Source: a virus | Direction: 5' to 3' (one strand) | IMG/VR virus record: IMGVR_UViG_3300009678_000013 | DNA: 48,699 bases | Shown here: piece by piece, positions 27,800-35,768 of the stretch | How positions within the stretch are numbered: the first letter of the stretch is position 1 | Layout: each line of letters opens with the position of its first letter | The notes under the pieces: generated by a model | The model's database searches: none | What the model was told of the DNA's origin: nothing | What the model saw: the letters and a program-made list of their open reading frames with translations, nothing else | Program-made: the position numbers and the translations under genes

Positions 27800-28897
27800 T
27801 CAAACACTTCCATCGGATTTCAAAACAAGGCGCTCGCCAGGGACGCCGGCCTTTTTGTATTGGTCAACATTTATCCCGTCGGCCTTCATTGCTTCTACAT
27901 CTAGCGACGACCGACCGGCCACTTGTGACCATGTGACCGACCACCCTACCGCCTTGTAGGCGCGGATGCCGATCTTTCGCAGCAATTCCTTGACCGACTC
28001 GCGGGCTGCCGCCACTTGCGGCTCCATTGCTTCATACTGGCGCTTCAAGCCTTCGGCGATGGCGATCGCCTCGGCCAACTCTGCCTCGGCTTGGGACGGT
28101 ATGGGACGCTGTAGGCTCTTTTTCTTTTCGCCCTGCGGCGGATAGTCAGGGACGCGGCCGGCATTGTCGGCGGCGCACAGTTCATACCAGGGGCAATGTT
28201 CACATTCCTGGCCGCCGGCAATCTTTCCCTCGGGCCGAATCTCGGTCGGGTTCGTGGTCGCGAAAACTTGGTCCGCTCGTTCCGTCGCTCGGATAAAAAC
28301 TCGATCATCGGGCATCACGACGAAGGTTGACACTTCGTCAAGAAATGACGCATTGACATAGAGGATCAACCCGCCGACTACCTTAAACACGCCCTCGCGC
28401 TTGAACATGCCGATCTGGACTTGGTTCTGGCCCCAATGATGTTGCTTGGCTTCCTGTAGATTGACCCGAGGATCGATCGACTTGAATTCGATGGCGATCG
28501 CTTCCATCGGATTGATGGTCAGGCCGTCAACCTCGACCGGATAGTTACCCTCGTTCACCAGGACGCCATCAGGCGTTGCCGACAGGCGACCGATGAGCAA
28601 TGTCATTTGCTCGGCACCACAGCGATAGAGCTTCAAGCCAGGGGGAAGCTGCGATTGCAAGCCAGGGATGACATAGTGCGCCTCGATCAGATTGCCGCGC
28701 TCCATGGCTCCACGGTTTTCCTCATAGCCAGGATCGACCGGGGCCTCGGTCTTGCCATACCAAACTCGCCGCAGGCAAGTGAACACTTCGGAGCTTCCGA
28801 CGGTATCGAGGCGATTCCAATCCCACGTTTTGCGCTCGCCTTTCAGATAGAGCTTCAATAGTTCGCCCGCTTCGATCTTTGCAAATCCGTCATTCAT
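27800..28897 (-). CDS. Cas4-like PD-(D/E)XK exonuclease with a 4-Cys cluster motif
   Basis: Start refined to MNDGFAKIE at 28897. Motifs are an N-terminal Cys (FTCLRRVWY), IEFKS, QVQIGMF, and CEHCPWYELC (CX2CX5C). A C-terminal extension of about 110 aa follows. Confidence 0.65.
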   Translation of the reverse strand: MNDGFAKIEAGELLKLYLKGERKTWDWNRLDTVGSSEVFTCLRRVWYGKTEAPVDPGYEENRGAMERGNLIEAHYVIPGLQSQLPPGLKLYRCGAEQMTLLIGRLSATPDGVLVNEGNYPVEVDGLTINPMEAIAIEFKSIDPRVNLQEAKQHHWGQNQVQIGMFKREGVFKVVGGLILYVNASFLDEVSTFVVMPDDRVFIRATERADQVFATTNPTEIRPEGKIAGGQECEHCPWYELCAADNAGRVPDYPPQGEKKKSLQRPIPSQAEAELAEAIAIAEGLKRQYEAMEPQVAAARESVKELLRKIGIRAYKAVGWSVTWSQVAGRSSLDVEAMKADGINVDQYKKAGVPGERLVLKSDGSV

Positions 28898-29384
28898 CGA
28901 GCATTTCCCTGCAATGTAAAAATACGCTCCCGCCCGGAGCATGGTCGCCGTTTGAATCCCACGGCAGGGGATCGGACAATTCGTCAAGGCCCGCCTTCTC
29001 GCGCAGCTTCATCGATACGCGGTTGACCTCACTCAAAAGAAACTGACGCAGTTCGACATCCTGACACTGATCGCAATACTGCCGGAAGGTTTCGATCACC
29101 GCTGTTCCGTCATCAGGCCCGATAGTTGCCAGCCACGACACGATCGATTCCAGTTCCCTGCCGCCGCGCTCTAGCATCGCTGCCTTGTGTTCCTTTTTGT
29201 AATGCCGATAGAGCTTCGCCAGTTCTGATTTTTCTTCCCTGACTTCCGCGATCGCCGCCTCTTGTGCCTCGGATCGCTTCGGCCGTTCCTTCCTGTCAGG
29301 CGCAACCGACTTTCCATAGTCGGCAAATAAGTCACCGAGCGCAGCGGCGTCATTGGGGCGGGAGCCGCCGCCGCGCTCGGTCAT
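28890..29384 (-). CDS. Hypothetical protein
   Basis: 164-aa ORF with an 8-nt overlap to the nuclease start. Confidence 0.55.
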   Translation of the reverse strand: MTERGGGSRPNDAAALGDLFADYGKSVAPDRKERPKRSEAQEAAIAEVREEKSELAKLYRHYKKEHKAAMLERGGRELESIVSWLATIGPDDGTAVIETFRQYCDQCQDVELRQFLLSEVNRVSMKLREKAGLDELSDPLPWDSNGDHAPGGSVFLHCREMLDE

Positions 29385-29498
29385 CGCTCAACCCTTCTTT
29401 TTCGGAGTTGATTTCGATGTCGCCGGCTTTGCCGGTTTCTTTGTCGGCTTAGGTTTCCCCTTTGCCACTGTTCTCACCCCCCTTCAATTGACCGTGTG

Positions 29499-29894
29499 TC
29501 AGGCTACCGGCGCTGGCGGCGTCTCGGGCGGCGCTACCGGAGTGACCGTCACAAAATGTCCAAGCCCGTTCACGATGGCATGGAACAAATGATCCTTGGC
29601 CCGAACTTCCTCGGGCAGATCATAGAACGGCACCAGCGATGGATGCGTCTTGGCAACGGGGTCTTTGACCTCGCCCAAGGTCCAGCCATCGGCGAGCTTT
29701 GTATTCATCCAAAGCTGATGACCGGATTCCGGCGTCGTGCCGATGTTATCCAGATGGTAGGACACGCCGGTAATCGCCGAATCCTTTTGGTCTTGCGGCG
29801 CGTCGGCCCATGCAGGCTGCGACGTGTCGCCAAGATGTTCGCATAGAGTTTTGTTCGCCGAATGACAAATTTCAGCAAGCTGTTCTCGCGTCAT
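29499..29894 (-). CDS. RyR-domain protein
   Basis: 131 aa from MTREQLAEI. QLWMNTKLADGWTLGEVKDPVAKTHPSLVPFYDLPEEVRAKD resembles the RyR repeat consensus. The track ORF extends to 30167 only because the array has no stops. Confidence 0.6.
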   Translation of the reverse strand: MTREQLAEICHSANKTLCEHLGDTSQPAWADAPQDQKDSAITGVSYHLDNIGTTPESGHQLWMNTKLADGWTLGEVKDPVAKTHPSLVPFYDLPEEVRAKDHLFHAIVNGLGHFVTVTPVAPPETPPAPVA

Positions 29895-29990
29895 CTTTCC
29901 CTCTTTCCGCCCTAACAGGGCACACAAGAAAATGCCATCCAGATAGTTGCCGCTGCGAAACTGATGGCGAAGATCGCGCAGCGGATCGTT

Positions 29991-30160
29991 AGCCCAACCA
30001 TACCTGACCCAACCATACCTGACCTGACCTAGCCATGCCTGACCTAGCCCAACCTGACCACGCCATGCCGTTCCCATCCTTACCCGGCCTTGCCCGACCT
30101 CGCCGTGGCGAACCTTACCCGGCCTTGCCCGACCTCTCCTGACTCGACCCGGCCTTGCCC
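29991..30160 (-). repeat. Pentanucleotide array A: 34 phase-locked units with RCC on plus (GGY on minus)
   Basis: CC starts at every position 29993+5k up to 30158. Only 30108 (gc) and 30143 (ct) differ. The array starts at the stop codon of gene 30160..30813 and contains sub-repeats ccaaccatacctgac x2 and acccggccttgccc x3. Confidence 0.9.
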
Positions 30161-30813
30161 TAATCAATCGGCAGAATTTCCCATTGAGTCACGACGAAGC
30201 GCCCATAGGACGGGCGGAAATCGCCGACGCCAATCAGTTTGCCGGCACGATCTAGAACTTCCCGAAGTAATGACGGGCCGACATACTCTGGAAGGTTCGA
30301 CATAAAAATGAAATCGGCTTTCCAGCCCGCCCGCATGGCCGGACGAGTCCGGTTGATACCAGCGCGGCCGACGACGACACGCCGGGTGTCCAGATAATCC
30401 CATTCGGTTGTCGTCTCGCCCTTGGCACTGGCGATTGGCGCGAGCGGCGTCAAGCTAATGACGGCGGCCTTGGTTAAGTCCATTGCCGATTTGCGTGGCG
30501 ACCTGGGGTCTTGAGAAAACTTCGCCGCATGGATGATCGATTGCCTGACATACTCGCCAGGCAAACATAGTTCATTGATTTCGTTTCGCCAGATGTAGGA
30601 TTCGATGTCATCGCTCTTTTTCGCGGCGCTGCCCTTCTTAGCCTTAGCCTTCTCGATCACTGACTCGACGCCCCATCGATGGAATAGAAGGTCCGCCTCA
30701 CCCTGAATCGTAACTGCGACCCGAAACGGCATTTCCAGAGAAATGATGTCCGCTCCGCTGTTCGTCGGTTCTGACAGATTGTCAACCGCCTTTAATACTG
30801 ATGCCTTCGCCAT
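30160..30813 (-). CDS. Hypothetical 217-aa protein bracketed by the pentamer arrays; weak RAMP-like motifs
   Basis: Clean ORF with RBS aggagag. LCLPGEYVRQSIIHAAK and the C-terminal GVGDFRPSYGRF loosely resemble RAMP motifs by eye only. Confidence 0.6.
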   Translation of the reverse strand: MAKASVLKAVDNLSEPTNSGADIISLEMPFRVAVTIQGEADLLFHRWGVESVIEKAKAKKGSAAKKSDDIESYIWRNEINELCLPGEYVRQSIIHAAKFSQDPRSPRKSAMDLTKAAVISLTPLAPIASAKGETTTEWDYLDTRRVVVGRAGINRTRPAMRAGWKADFIFMSNLPEYVGPSLLREVLDRAGKLIGVGDFRPSYGRFVVTQWEILPID

Positions 30814-30872
30814 GTTAGAACTCTCCTGTCTTAAAAGGGACTCATCTTCGATTTCCGCCCCGTCCCGAAAGG

Positions 30873-31267
30873 CAGCCTCGCCTTACCAAGTCATGCCCGA
30901 CCGGAACAGGCCCCGCCACGTCTCGCCAAGCCAATCCAGGCCACACCAAGCCGAACCTAACCGCGCCTCGCCAAGCCGCGCCGCTGCGAACCAATCCGCG
31001 CCGTATCCGGCCCTGCCGCACCGCGCCATGCCTCAACTCACCACGCCCAATCCAACCCAACCCGGCCCCGCTCAACCATTCCCTACCGGACCGCACTCTG
31101 CCCTACCAAACCGTAGCCCACCAAACCTGACCTGACCTGACCACACCAAGCCGCACCGCGCCATGCCTCGCCGAGCCTTGCCCTGTCACACCAAACATCA
31201 CCGCGCCAAGCCTGACCTCACCTAACCAGACCTAACCCCGCCTCACCGCGCCAAGACAAACCCGGCC
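30873..31267 (-). repeat. Pentanucleotide array B: 79 phase-locked NNRCC units on plus (GGYNN on minus)
   Basis: By hand count, 66 of 79 consecutive pentamers end in CC with no phase slip. All 13 exceptions keep one C. The base before CC is a purine in 63 of 66. The array fills the spacer from the stop of gene 31271..32185 to about 60 nt before the 217-aa gene start. Confidence 0.9.
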
Positions 31268-31270
31268 AGA

Positions 31271-32185
31271 TCACTTGAACTTGGGCATGGCGTAGGACTT
31301 GGATAGGAACCCATGCCCCGGATTGATAAGCGCCGATCGGACCCATACGTTCTTGCTGTCAAGATGTCGAACATGGCCGCGCCGTGTGTGTGTCCGGGGC
31401 GAAGCATGATGACCACCCTGCCCATTGGCCCGAGGCGCATTCGGGCGCTCGCGGATGGTCAAGACGTGATAGTCGAACAGCGGCGGCTTGCCCCTGGCGA
31501 TCCTAGCCTTGTTCAATTTCGGCGGCGAAGGAACGCGGTCGATCCCGACGTTTGACATTTGCAGCATCTTGACAATGCAGACGACCGGATAGGTAAACGC
31601 CACCATCATTGACCCAAGGTCTGATTCTCCCTCTGGCATCGAATCAAAATCATGTTCAGTCCCAGGACGATCCACAACCTGATAGACCAATTCGCGCTTG
31701 ATCCCATCGTTGCCATGAATCTTGATTGAATCTGACGGGCTTTTCGGCGTGACCGGCATGGAGTAGGCCACTGAACCGCGAGGAAACAAAAAACAGCCTC
31801 TTGCGGTCAGGATTGTGAACCGACAGGCGAACAGAGGCGCGGCATTCAACGGGGTCAAGCCCTCTAGGTCCTCAAGATAAACCCCATCCATCGCCATGCA
31901 ATGAACTCTAGCCTGATGCGGTTTCCCGTCCGGTTCTAACAATTCTGCGGCAAACTCAAGGCAAGTAATATTGTAGGGCAGATGGATCGGGTCATCCAAT
32001 TCTTTGACATCCATGATGTTGCCTTCGTTCGGCAACTGAAAAATTCCTGCCTCTCTAATCATGTCGGCATAGGCTCGTTCTTCCTTGTTCGGATGATCCT
32101 TCCACTCCGCATAAATCCGAGAAGTATAATTCCCAGGATCATGCGGATGCAGCAGATTGACTTGTTCCTCGGCGAGCGCACTCAT
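31271..32185 (-). CDS. Hypothetical protein with a basic C-terminus (HTRRGHVRHL)
   Basis: 304-aa ORF. Confidence 0.55.
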   Translation of the reverse strand: MSALAEEQVNLLHPHDPGNYTSRIYAEWKDHPNKEERAYADMIREAGIFQLPNEGNIMDVKELDDPIHLPYNITCLEFAAELLEPDGKPHQARVHCMAMDGVYLEDLEGLTPLNAAPLFACRFTILTARGCFLFPRGSVAYSMPVTPKSPSDSIKIHGNDGIKRELVYQVVDRPGTEHDFDSMPEGESDLGSMMVAFTYPVVCIVKMLQMSNVGIDRVPSPPKLNKARIARGKPPLFDYHVLTIRERPNAPRANGQGGHHASPRTHTRRGHVRHLDSKNVWVRSALINPGHGFLSKSYAMPKFK

Positions 32186-32382
32186 GACAGCACCAGCCAG
32201 AAATAGAACACCGCCGCCACCAGCCCAACGCCAAAGCCCAGGCCGAAGTGATAGCCGGCCGAATGCTCGACAGGCGGATCATCGAAGGCCGAGCCGTGTT
32301 CTCCCGGTGTTGCCTCGGCGATATGACGGGCGACGACGCGCCTACAGGCGGGCGTCAGCGGGCGGATTGGATTGACTGGCAT
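32182..32382 (-). CDS. Small protein with a C-terminal TM
   Basis: 66-aa ORF overlapping the resolvase 3' end. Hydrophobic tail GLGFGVGLVAAVFYFWLVL. Confidence 0.4.
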   Translation of the reverse strand: MPVNPIRPLTPACRRVVARHIAEATPGEHGSAFDDPPVEHSAGYHFGLGFGVGLVAAVFYFWLVLS

Positions 32383-32872
32383 TGGAACCTCTTAAAGTGT
32401 GAAGGCCGTAACTGGCGATTAGACACGCCTCGGCGCGATCCGCATCCTTGACCCTAGCGAACAGGCCCGACGAATGCGGGAACAGTTCGCTGGCCCGAAG
32501 CCGGCTCGCATCCTTCTCCGACCCGCTTGCAAGGCGATGGTGCTTCTTCCAGACGGCCGGGGGAACGAGAGTCATCGGCAGGAAGTTGGCCCCTACTACG
32601 CCGACTAGGCCGCCGAAGATCATACCGAAGCGGAAGGCCGATGACACTCCCTGTCCAGGGAAGGCGGACACCCTTTCGATAAAGGCATGTTCGATAGCTG
32701 ATGCCCGAGCATCAACCCATCGCGCCAGTTCCGACCAATTGGGATGCCGCCTGACCTTACCGCCCTTGTCGCCCTCGATCGTGGGAACATCGTAAACTTC
32801 CAGATCGCGGTCAGGGTAGATGATCGCCAGCGCCCCGCTCAAACCTGGATCGATGCCAAGGACGCCCTTCAT
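32342..32872 (-). CDS. ruvC: RuvC-like Holliday junction resolvase
   Basis: 176 aa from MKGVLGIDPGLSGALAI (catalytic Asp context). ATGA overlap with the upstream gene. Confidence 0.65.
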   Translation of the reverse strand: MKGVLGIDPGLSGALAIIYPDRDLEVYDVPTIEGDKGGKVRRHPNWSELARWVDARASAIEHAFIERVSAFPGQGVSSAFRFGMIFGGLVGVVGANFLPMTLVPPAVWKKHHRLASGSEKDASRLRASELFPHSSGLFARVKDADRAEACLIASYGLHTLRGSNASQSNPPADARL

Positions 32873-33072
32873 TTTGATTCCTTCGGCGGGACGATCGACG
32901 CCCGCGCTTGAATGATGGCGACTGACCGGAGCGACCGACGGCACGAAGGCCCTATGGCCGCTCCGATTTGGGGATACATGGAGTCAAGGTGATCGGTGAT
33001 CGCCCTGTAAATCTCGACCCCGACGGTCTTGGCAAATAGCTCCATGTCCCGAGGCGTCGGCCCCGGCTTCAT
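32869..33072 (-). CDS. Hypothetical protein
   Basis: 67 aa from MKPGPTPRDM. ATGA overlaps at both ends. Confidence 0.5.
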   Translation of the reverse strand: MKPGPTPRDMELFAKTVGVEIYRAITDHLDSMYPQIGAAIGPSCRRSLRSVAIIQARASIVPPKESK

Positions 33073-33332
33073 GCGGCCCGCTTCTTGGCCTTTGGCTGTC
33101 CCTCGACCGTGACGTAATCGAGGATGTCGATCGGCTGCCTTAGCCGCTTGGCGATCCACAGCAATTCGATCACGCGCTCGATCTGGATACGATCGCGGCA
33201 CTTCCATTGGTCGATCATGTTTCGATTCGTCCATGGCAGGCCGAGGCTCTTGGCGACCTCGATCGGATCGGCCCTGAACTTGTCGGGCATGGCCGCCATG
33301 AAGTCTTGGACTCGCAGAGTAATCTCGGTCAT
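33069..33332 (-). CDS. Putative HTH DNA-binding regulator
   Basis: 87 aa. IEVAKSLGLPWTNRNMIDQW looks like a helix-turn-helix. The gene is preceded by a promoter with CAGATTG boxes. Confidence 0.45.
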   Translation of the reverse strand: MTEITLRVQDFMAAMPDKFRADPIEVAKSLGLPWTNRNMIDQWKCRDRIQIERVIELLWIAKRLRQPIDILDYVTVEGQPKAKKRAA

Positions 33333-33361
33333 GGGGTTCCCCCTGTTTGTTAAGGTTTGTG

Positions 33362-33390
33362 AACCTATCTGTCAGATGTCAGGTCGTCAA
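33362..33390 (-). promoter_or_regulatory. Candidate sigma70-type promoter for the HTH gene
   Basis: The minus strand reads TTGACG (33390-33385), a 17-nt spacer, then TAGGTT (33367-33362). Confidence 0.45.
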
Positions 33391-33392
33391 GC

Positions 33393-33405
33393 GGTCAGAT
33401 TGACA
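33393..33405. promoter_or_regulatory. CAGATTG operator-like box
   Basis: ggtcagattgaca lies just upstream of the -35 element. Confidence 0.4.
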
Positions 33406-33429
33406 GGGAAGGCTCGGCAACGGGCGAGG

Positions 33430-33534
33430 TCAGCGATTGCAGAGCCAGATGGCCCAAAAGATGAAAGCGCCGACAGGGCCGCTTAAGACGAACCCCGCCA
33501 GCGCGACCATCAGCCCGGTGAGCGGGCGCGACAT
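33430..33534 (-). CDS. 34-aa hydrophobic micro-protein
   Basis: MSRPLTGLMVALAGFVLSGPVGAFIFWAIWLCNR. Its ATG lies 1 nt after the upstream stop (TAGCATG). Confidence 0.45.
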   Translation of the reverse strand: MSRPLTGLMVALAGFVLSGPVGAFIFWAIWLCNR

Positions 33535-33535
33535 G

Positions 33536-34564
33536 CTACCCCCGCTTGCTAAGGGACGGGAACATGACCGCCATCGACCCGCGATCGGGCAACCCATCGG
33601 CGAACATGGACACGACATGGACCGCCTTGGGCGAGGTTCGTTCAAACTCTCCCTTGGCGGCGATCGCCTGTCCCTCATCATCATACCGATGCACGCCCTG
33701 CCACTGTGTCGAAACCCAATCGGAGCAGATCACGCCATCGGACCTTTTCTCGATCCGGTAGATGCCCCAGGCCCCGCGACCCTTCGGCCTCGGGATCATC
33801 CTGCGAACAGCATCGGCCAAGGTATCGACCGCAGGGCTATCCTTGACATTGAACGTCATGATGACGGTTTGCTCGCGGCCAGCCAAGCCGGCCACCATCG
33901 CCGCCACCTTTGCCGAGTCCGCCGCCGGTAGCCGCAATTGAAACGTGACCTTGCCATCCCATCCGAGCGAGGCGATCGACTCGCTGTCGATGCGGACAAC
34001 CTTCGGCTCCTGTTCGCCGCCGCGATTGTGTCTCTGATAGAGCGAATCATCATCGTCCCGATCGAACGCAGCCAGGAGCGCCTTGAACCTTTCCCGCTGT
34101 CGCTCCGCATGGCCTTGGTTCTCGCCGCAGGCGGCGATGACCTCGCGCAAGATCGGCAAACCCGGATCGAGCAAGCGCCGCCGCAGATCGGCGACTAGCT
34201 TGGCAACCGGGCGAGTCCAATCCTGTGAAATCTCAAAATCGGCATTAGCATAGTCCCGATTGAAATCCCGCCAGGAATATCGGCCGCTGACCTCATCACG
34301 CGGGCAAACCATGTCGATCGTGACCTTGGCGTCGGCCCCATAGGTGACAACGGAACAGCCTAGATCAATCTCGCCGTCGCTGATCCAAAGGTGATCGCCA
34401 GGAGCATCGGGATAGTCCGATGCTGCCGGGTTATAGGCGTGGCGGACCTTGAAGTCAGGCCCGAGCGCCGCCGCGATTTGCGGGGCGATGTCTTGCAGCA
34501 TGGAGCGCCGCCGAGTTGCCTCGGTGTCCCGCTTTTGCTGCCGCTCTTTATAGTCCATGTTCAT
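33536..34564 (-). CDS. Hypothetical protein
   Basis: 342-aa ORF with a cattgtggaacc start context. Confidence 0.6.
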   Translation of the reverse strand: MNMDYKERQQKRDTEATRRRSMLQDIAPQIAAALGPDFKVRHAYNPAASDYPDAPGDHLWISDGEIDLGCSVVTYGADAKVTIDMVCPRDEVSGRYSWRDFNRDYANADFEISQDWTRPVAKLVADLRRRLLDPGLPILREVIAACGENQGHAERQRERFKALLAAFDRDDDDSLYQRHNRGGEQEPKVVRIDSESIASLGWDGKVTFQLRLPAADSAKVAAMVAGLAGREQTVIMTFNVKDSPAVDTLADAVRRMIPRPKGRGAWGIYRIEKRSDGVICSDWVSTQWQGVHRYDDEGQAIAAKGEFERTSPKAVHVVSMFADGLPDRGSMAVMFPSLSKRG

Positions 34565-34637
34565 TGTGGAACCTCTTTGTTAGGTGATGTCGGATTGACA
34601 TCATCGGAACATGACATAGCGTCATGCCCCTGTGTTG
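34565..34637 (-). repeat. Intergenic cassette copy with a variant stem
   Basis: gatgtcggattgaca box, hairpin catgac/gtcatg (34610-34615 and 34621-34626), a tgttgtcaac box next to the upstream stop, and gaggttccacaatg at the next start. Confidence 0.7.
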
Positions 34638-34835
34638 TCAACTCGCCGCCTTCCTGGTGGCAATGAGGGTTATGTATCCATCCCTGGAAACATCGGCGGT
34701 TCGGGACCATCCCGATTCCGGGTAATCGATCTGGAACCGATGGACGGCGTTCACAAATAGGGACGGACTCTTGACGCCCCACGAAATCATTAACTCGGTT
34801 TCGACCCTCGAAACATTTGCGTCGTATCTGTCCAT
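34638..34835 (-). CDS. Hypothetical protein
   Basis: 65-aa ORF. Confidence 0.5.
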   Translation of the reverse strand: MDRYDANVSRVETELMISWGVKSPSLFVNAVHRFQIDYPESGWSRTADVSRDGYITLIATRKAAS

Positions 34836-34837
34836 TG

Positions 34838-35152
34838 TCAGCCTGCCTTTCGCATGTCATCGATCGCCCGCTGGCGGATATGGCGATGCGCCCAGGACTG
34901 GCGCTGAATCACCTTGAGCCTGTAGCCGATCGCTGTCAGTTCATGGAACAGCGCGGCATACTCGGTCGGCTTGGCCCTGGCGGTCATGCCGACAACCGCA
35001 TGGGGATCGCAATGCCCATGCTGCCCGACGTGAACGTAGTCCGCGCAGGAGTCCGGGCTGTTAGTCCCTGGCAGGGTCGGGAATATGGCGATGATTTCGC
35101 CGTCCCTGAACCGGCGAAAGATGACCGGCGTTTCGTGTGTATCCTTGTCCAT
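34838..35152 (-). CDS. Hypothetical protein
   Basis: 104 aa from MDKDTHETPV. Start context catcgtggaacc. Confidence 0.55.
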   Translation of the reverse strand: MDKDTHETPVIFRRFRDGEIIAIFPTLPGTNSPDSCADYVHVGQHGHCDPHAVVGMTARAKPTEYAALFHELTAIGYRLKVIQRQSWAHRHIRQRAIDDMRKAG

Positions 35153-35225
35153 CGTGGAACCTTCCTTTCGATCGATGTCTGACTGACACCATCGGCCCAT
35201 GTCTATCTGACATGGGCCTGTGCTG
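35153..35225 (-). repeat. Intergenic cassette copy with a variant stem
   Basis: gatgtctgactgacacc box, 10-bp hairpin ggcccatgtc/gacatgggcc (35194-35203 and 35209-35218), and a tgctgtcaac box. Confidence 0.7.
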
Positions 35226-35768
35226 TCAACCTCCGCCGATCGTGCGCTCATAATACCGCTTTTGCTTTGCCAGCTTAGACAAGGCATTGACGGCTCGGAT
35301 TTCCTTGCGCCTCCACGCCTCCATGCGCTTGATGATCGAGGCGAGGCGGTCTTGCCGCTTGGCGTCCAGGGTCGGCGCGGGCTTTTCCGGCCGCCTTAGC
35401 TTGCCTTCCAGCCAGCCGCTTGTGACAACGTGCTGGATCATGCTCCGCTCTAGGAAGGCATGAGCGCCGGTTTTATCGTGCGGCTTTTTCCCAGGATGCA
35501 GCCGGCGATGGCACCAATGCGAAACCGAATGCACAAGGTCATGCCATCCCGCGCCGGCATTGACCGAATAGACCCCGTAGCGCGGCCAAGTGTGCCGGCG
35601 TCCGGTTGTGATCCGATACTTGCCCCGGTATTTGACCTTGGTGAACCGGAGCAGCCGCTTGACCGCCGTGATTGCCTCGGCGTCAGTCAGCTTTGGGAGC
35701 TTGCTCCGCTCGCAAGGCCACGCTCCATTGACTGTGGAGTAGGGACGGCGATCGTTCTCATCGTCCAT
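35226..35768 (-). CDS. Hypothetical His-rich protein
   Basis: 180-aa ORF containing WHDLVHSVSHWCHRRLHP. Confidence 0.55.
   Translation of the reverse strand: MDDENDRRPYSTVNGAWPCERSKLPKLTDAEAITAVKRLLRFTKVKYRGKYRITTGRRHTWPRYGVYSVNAGAGWHDLVHSVSHWCHRRLHPGKKPHDKTGAHAFLERSMIQHVVTSGWLEGKLRRPEKPAPTLDAKRQDRLASIIKRMEAWRRKEIRAVNALSKLAKQKRYYERTIGGG

Noticed and set aside
30743-31135. ORFs across array B (30743..31135 plus, 30842..31096 minus) and the N-terminal extension of 29499..30167 across array A. They translate to pseudo-pentapeptide repeats (xxGxx or P-rich).
   Set aside because: The periodicity is 5 nt, not 3 or 15, so all frames look repeat-like. The G-rich and C-rich strands simply lack stop codons. 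There is no ATG or RBS (the 30167 start is a TTG inside the upstream gene). A true pentapeptide-repeat gene would show codon-level rather than pentamer-level conservation.
29991-31267. The pentamer arrays as CRISPR, a microsatellite or a simple tandem repeat.
   Set aside because: Only 3 of 5 positions are constrained and the remaining positions vary almost freely. No unit longer than about 24 bp repeats, and there is no spacer structure.
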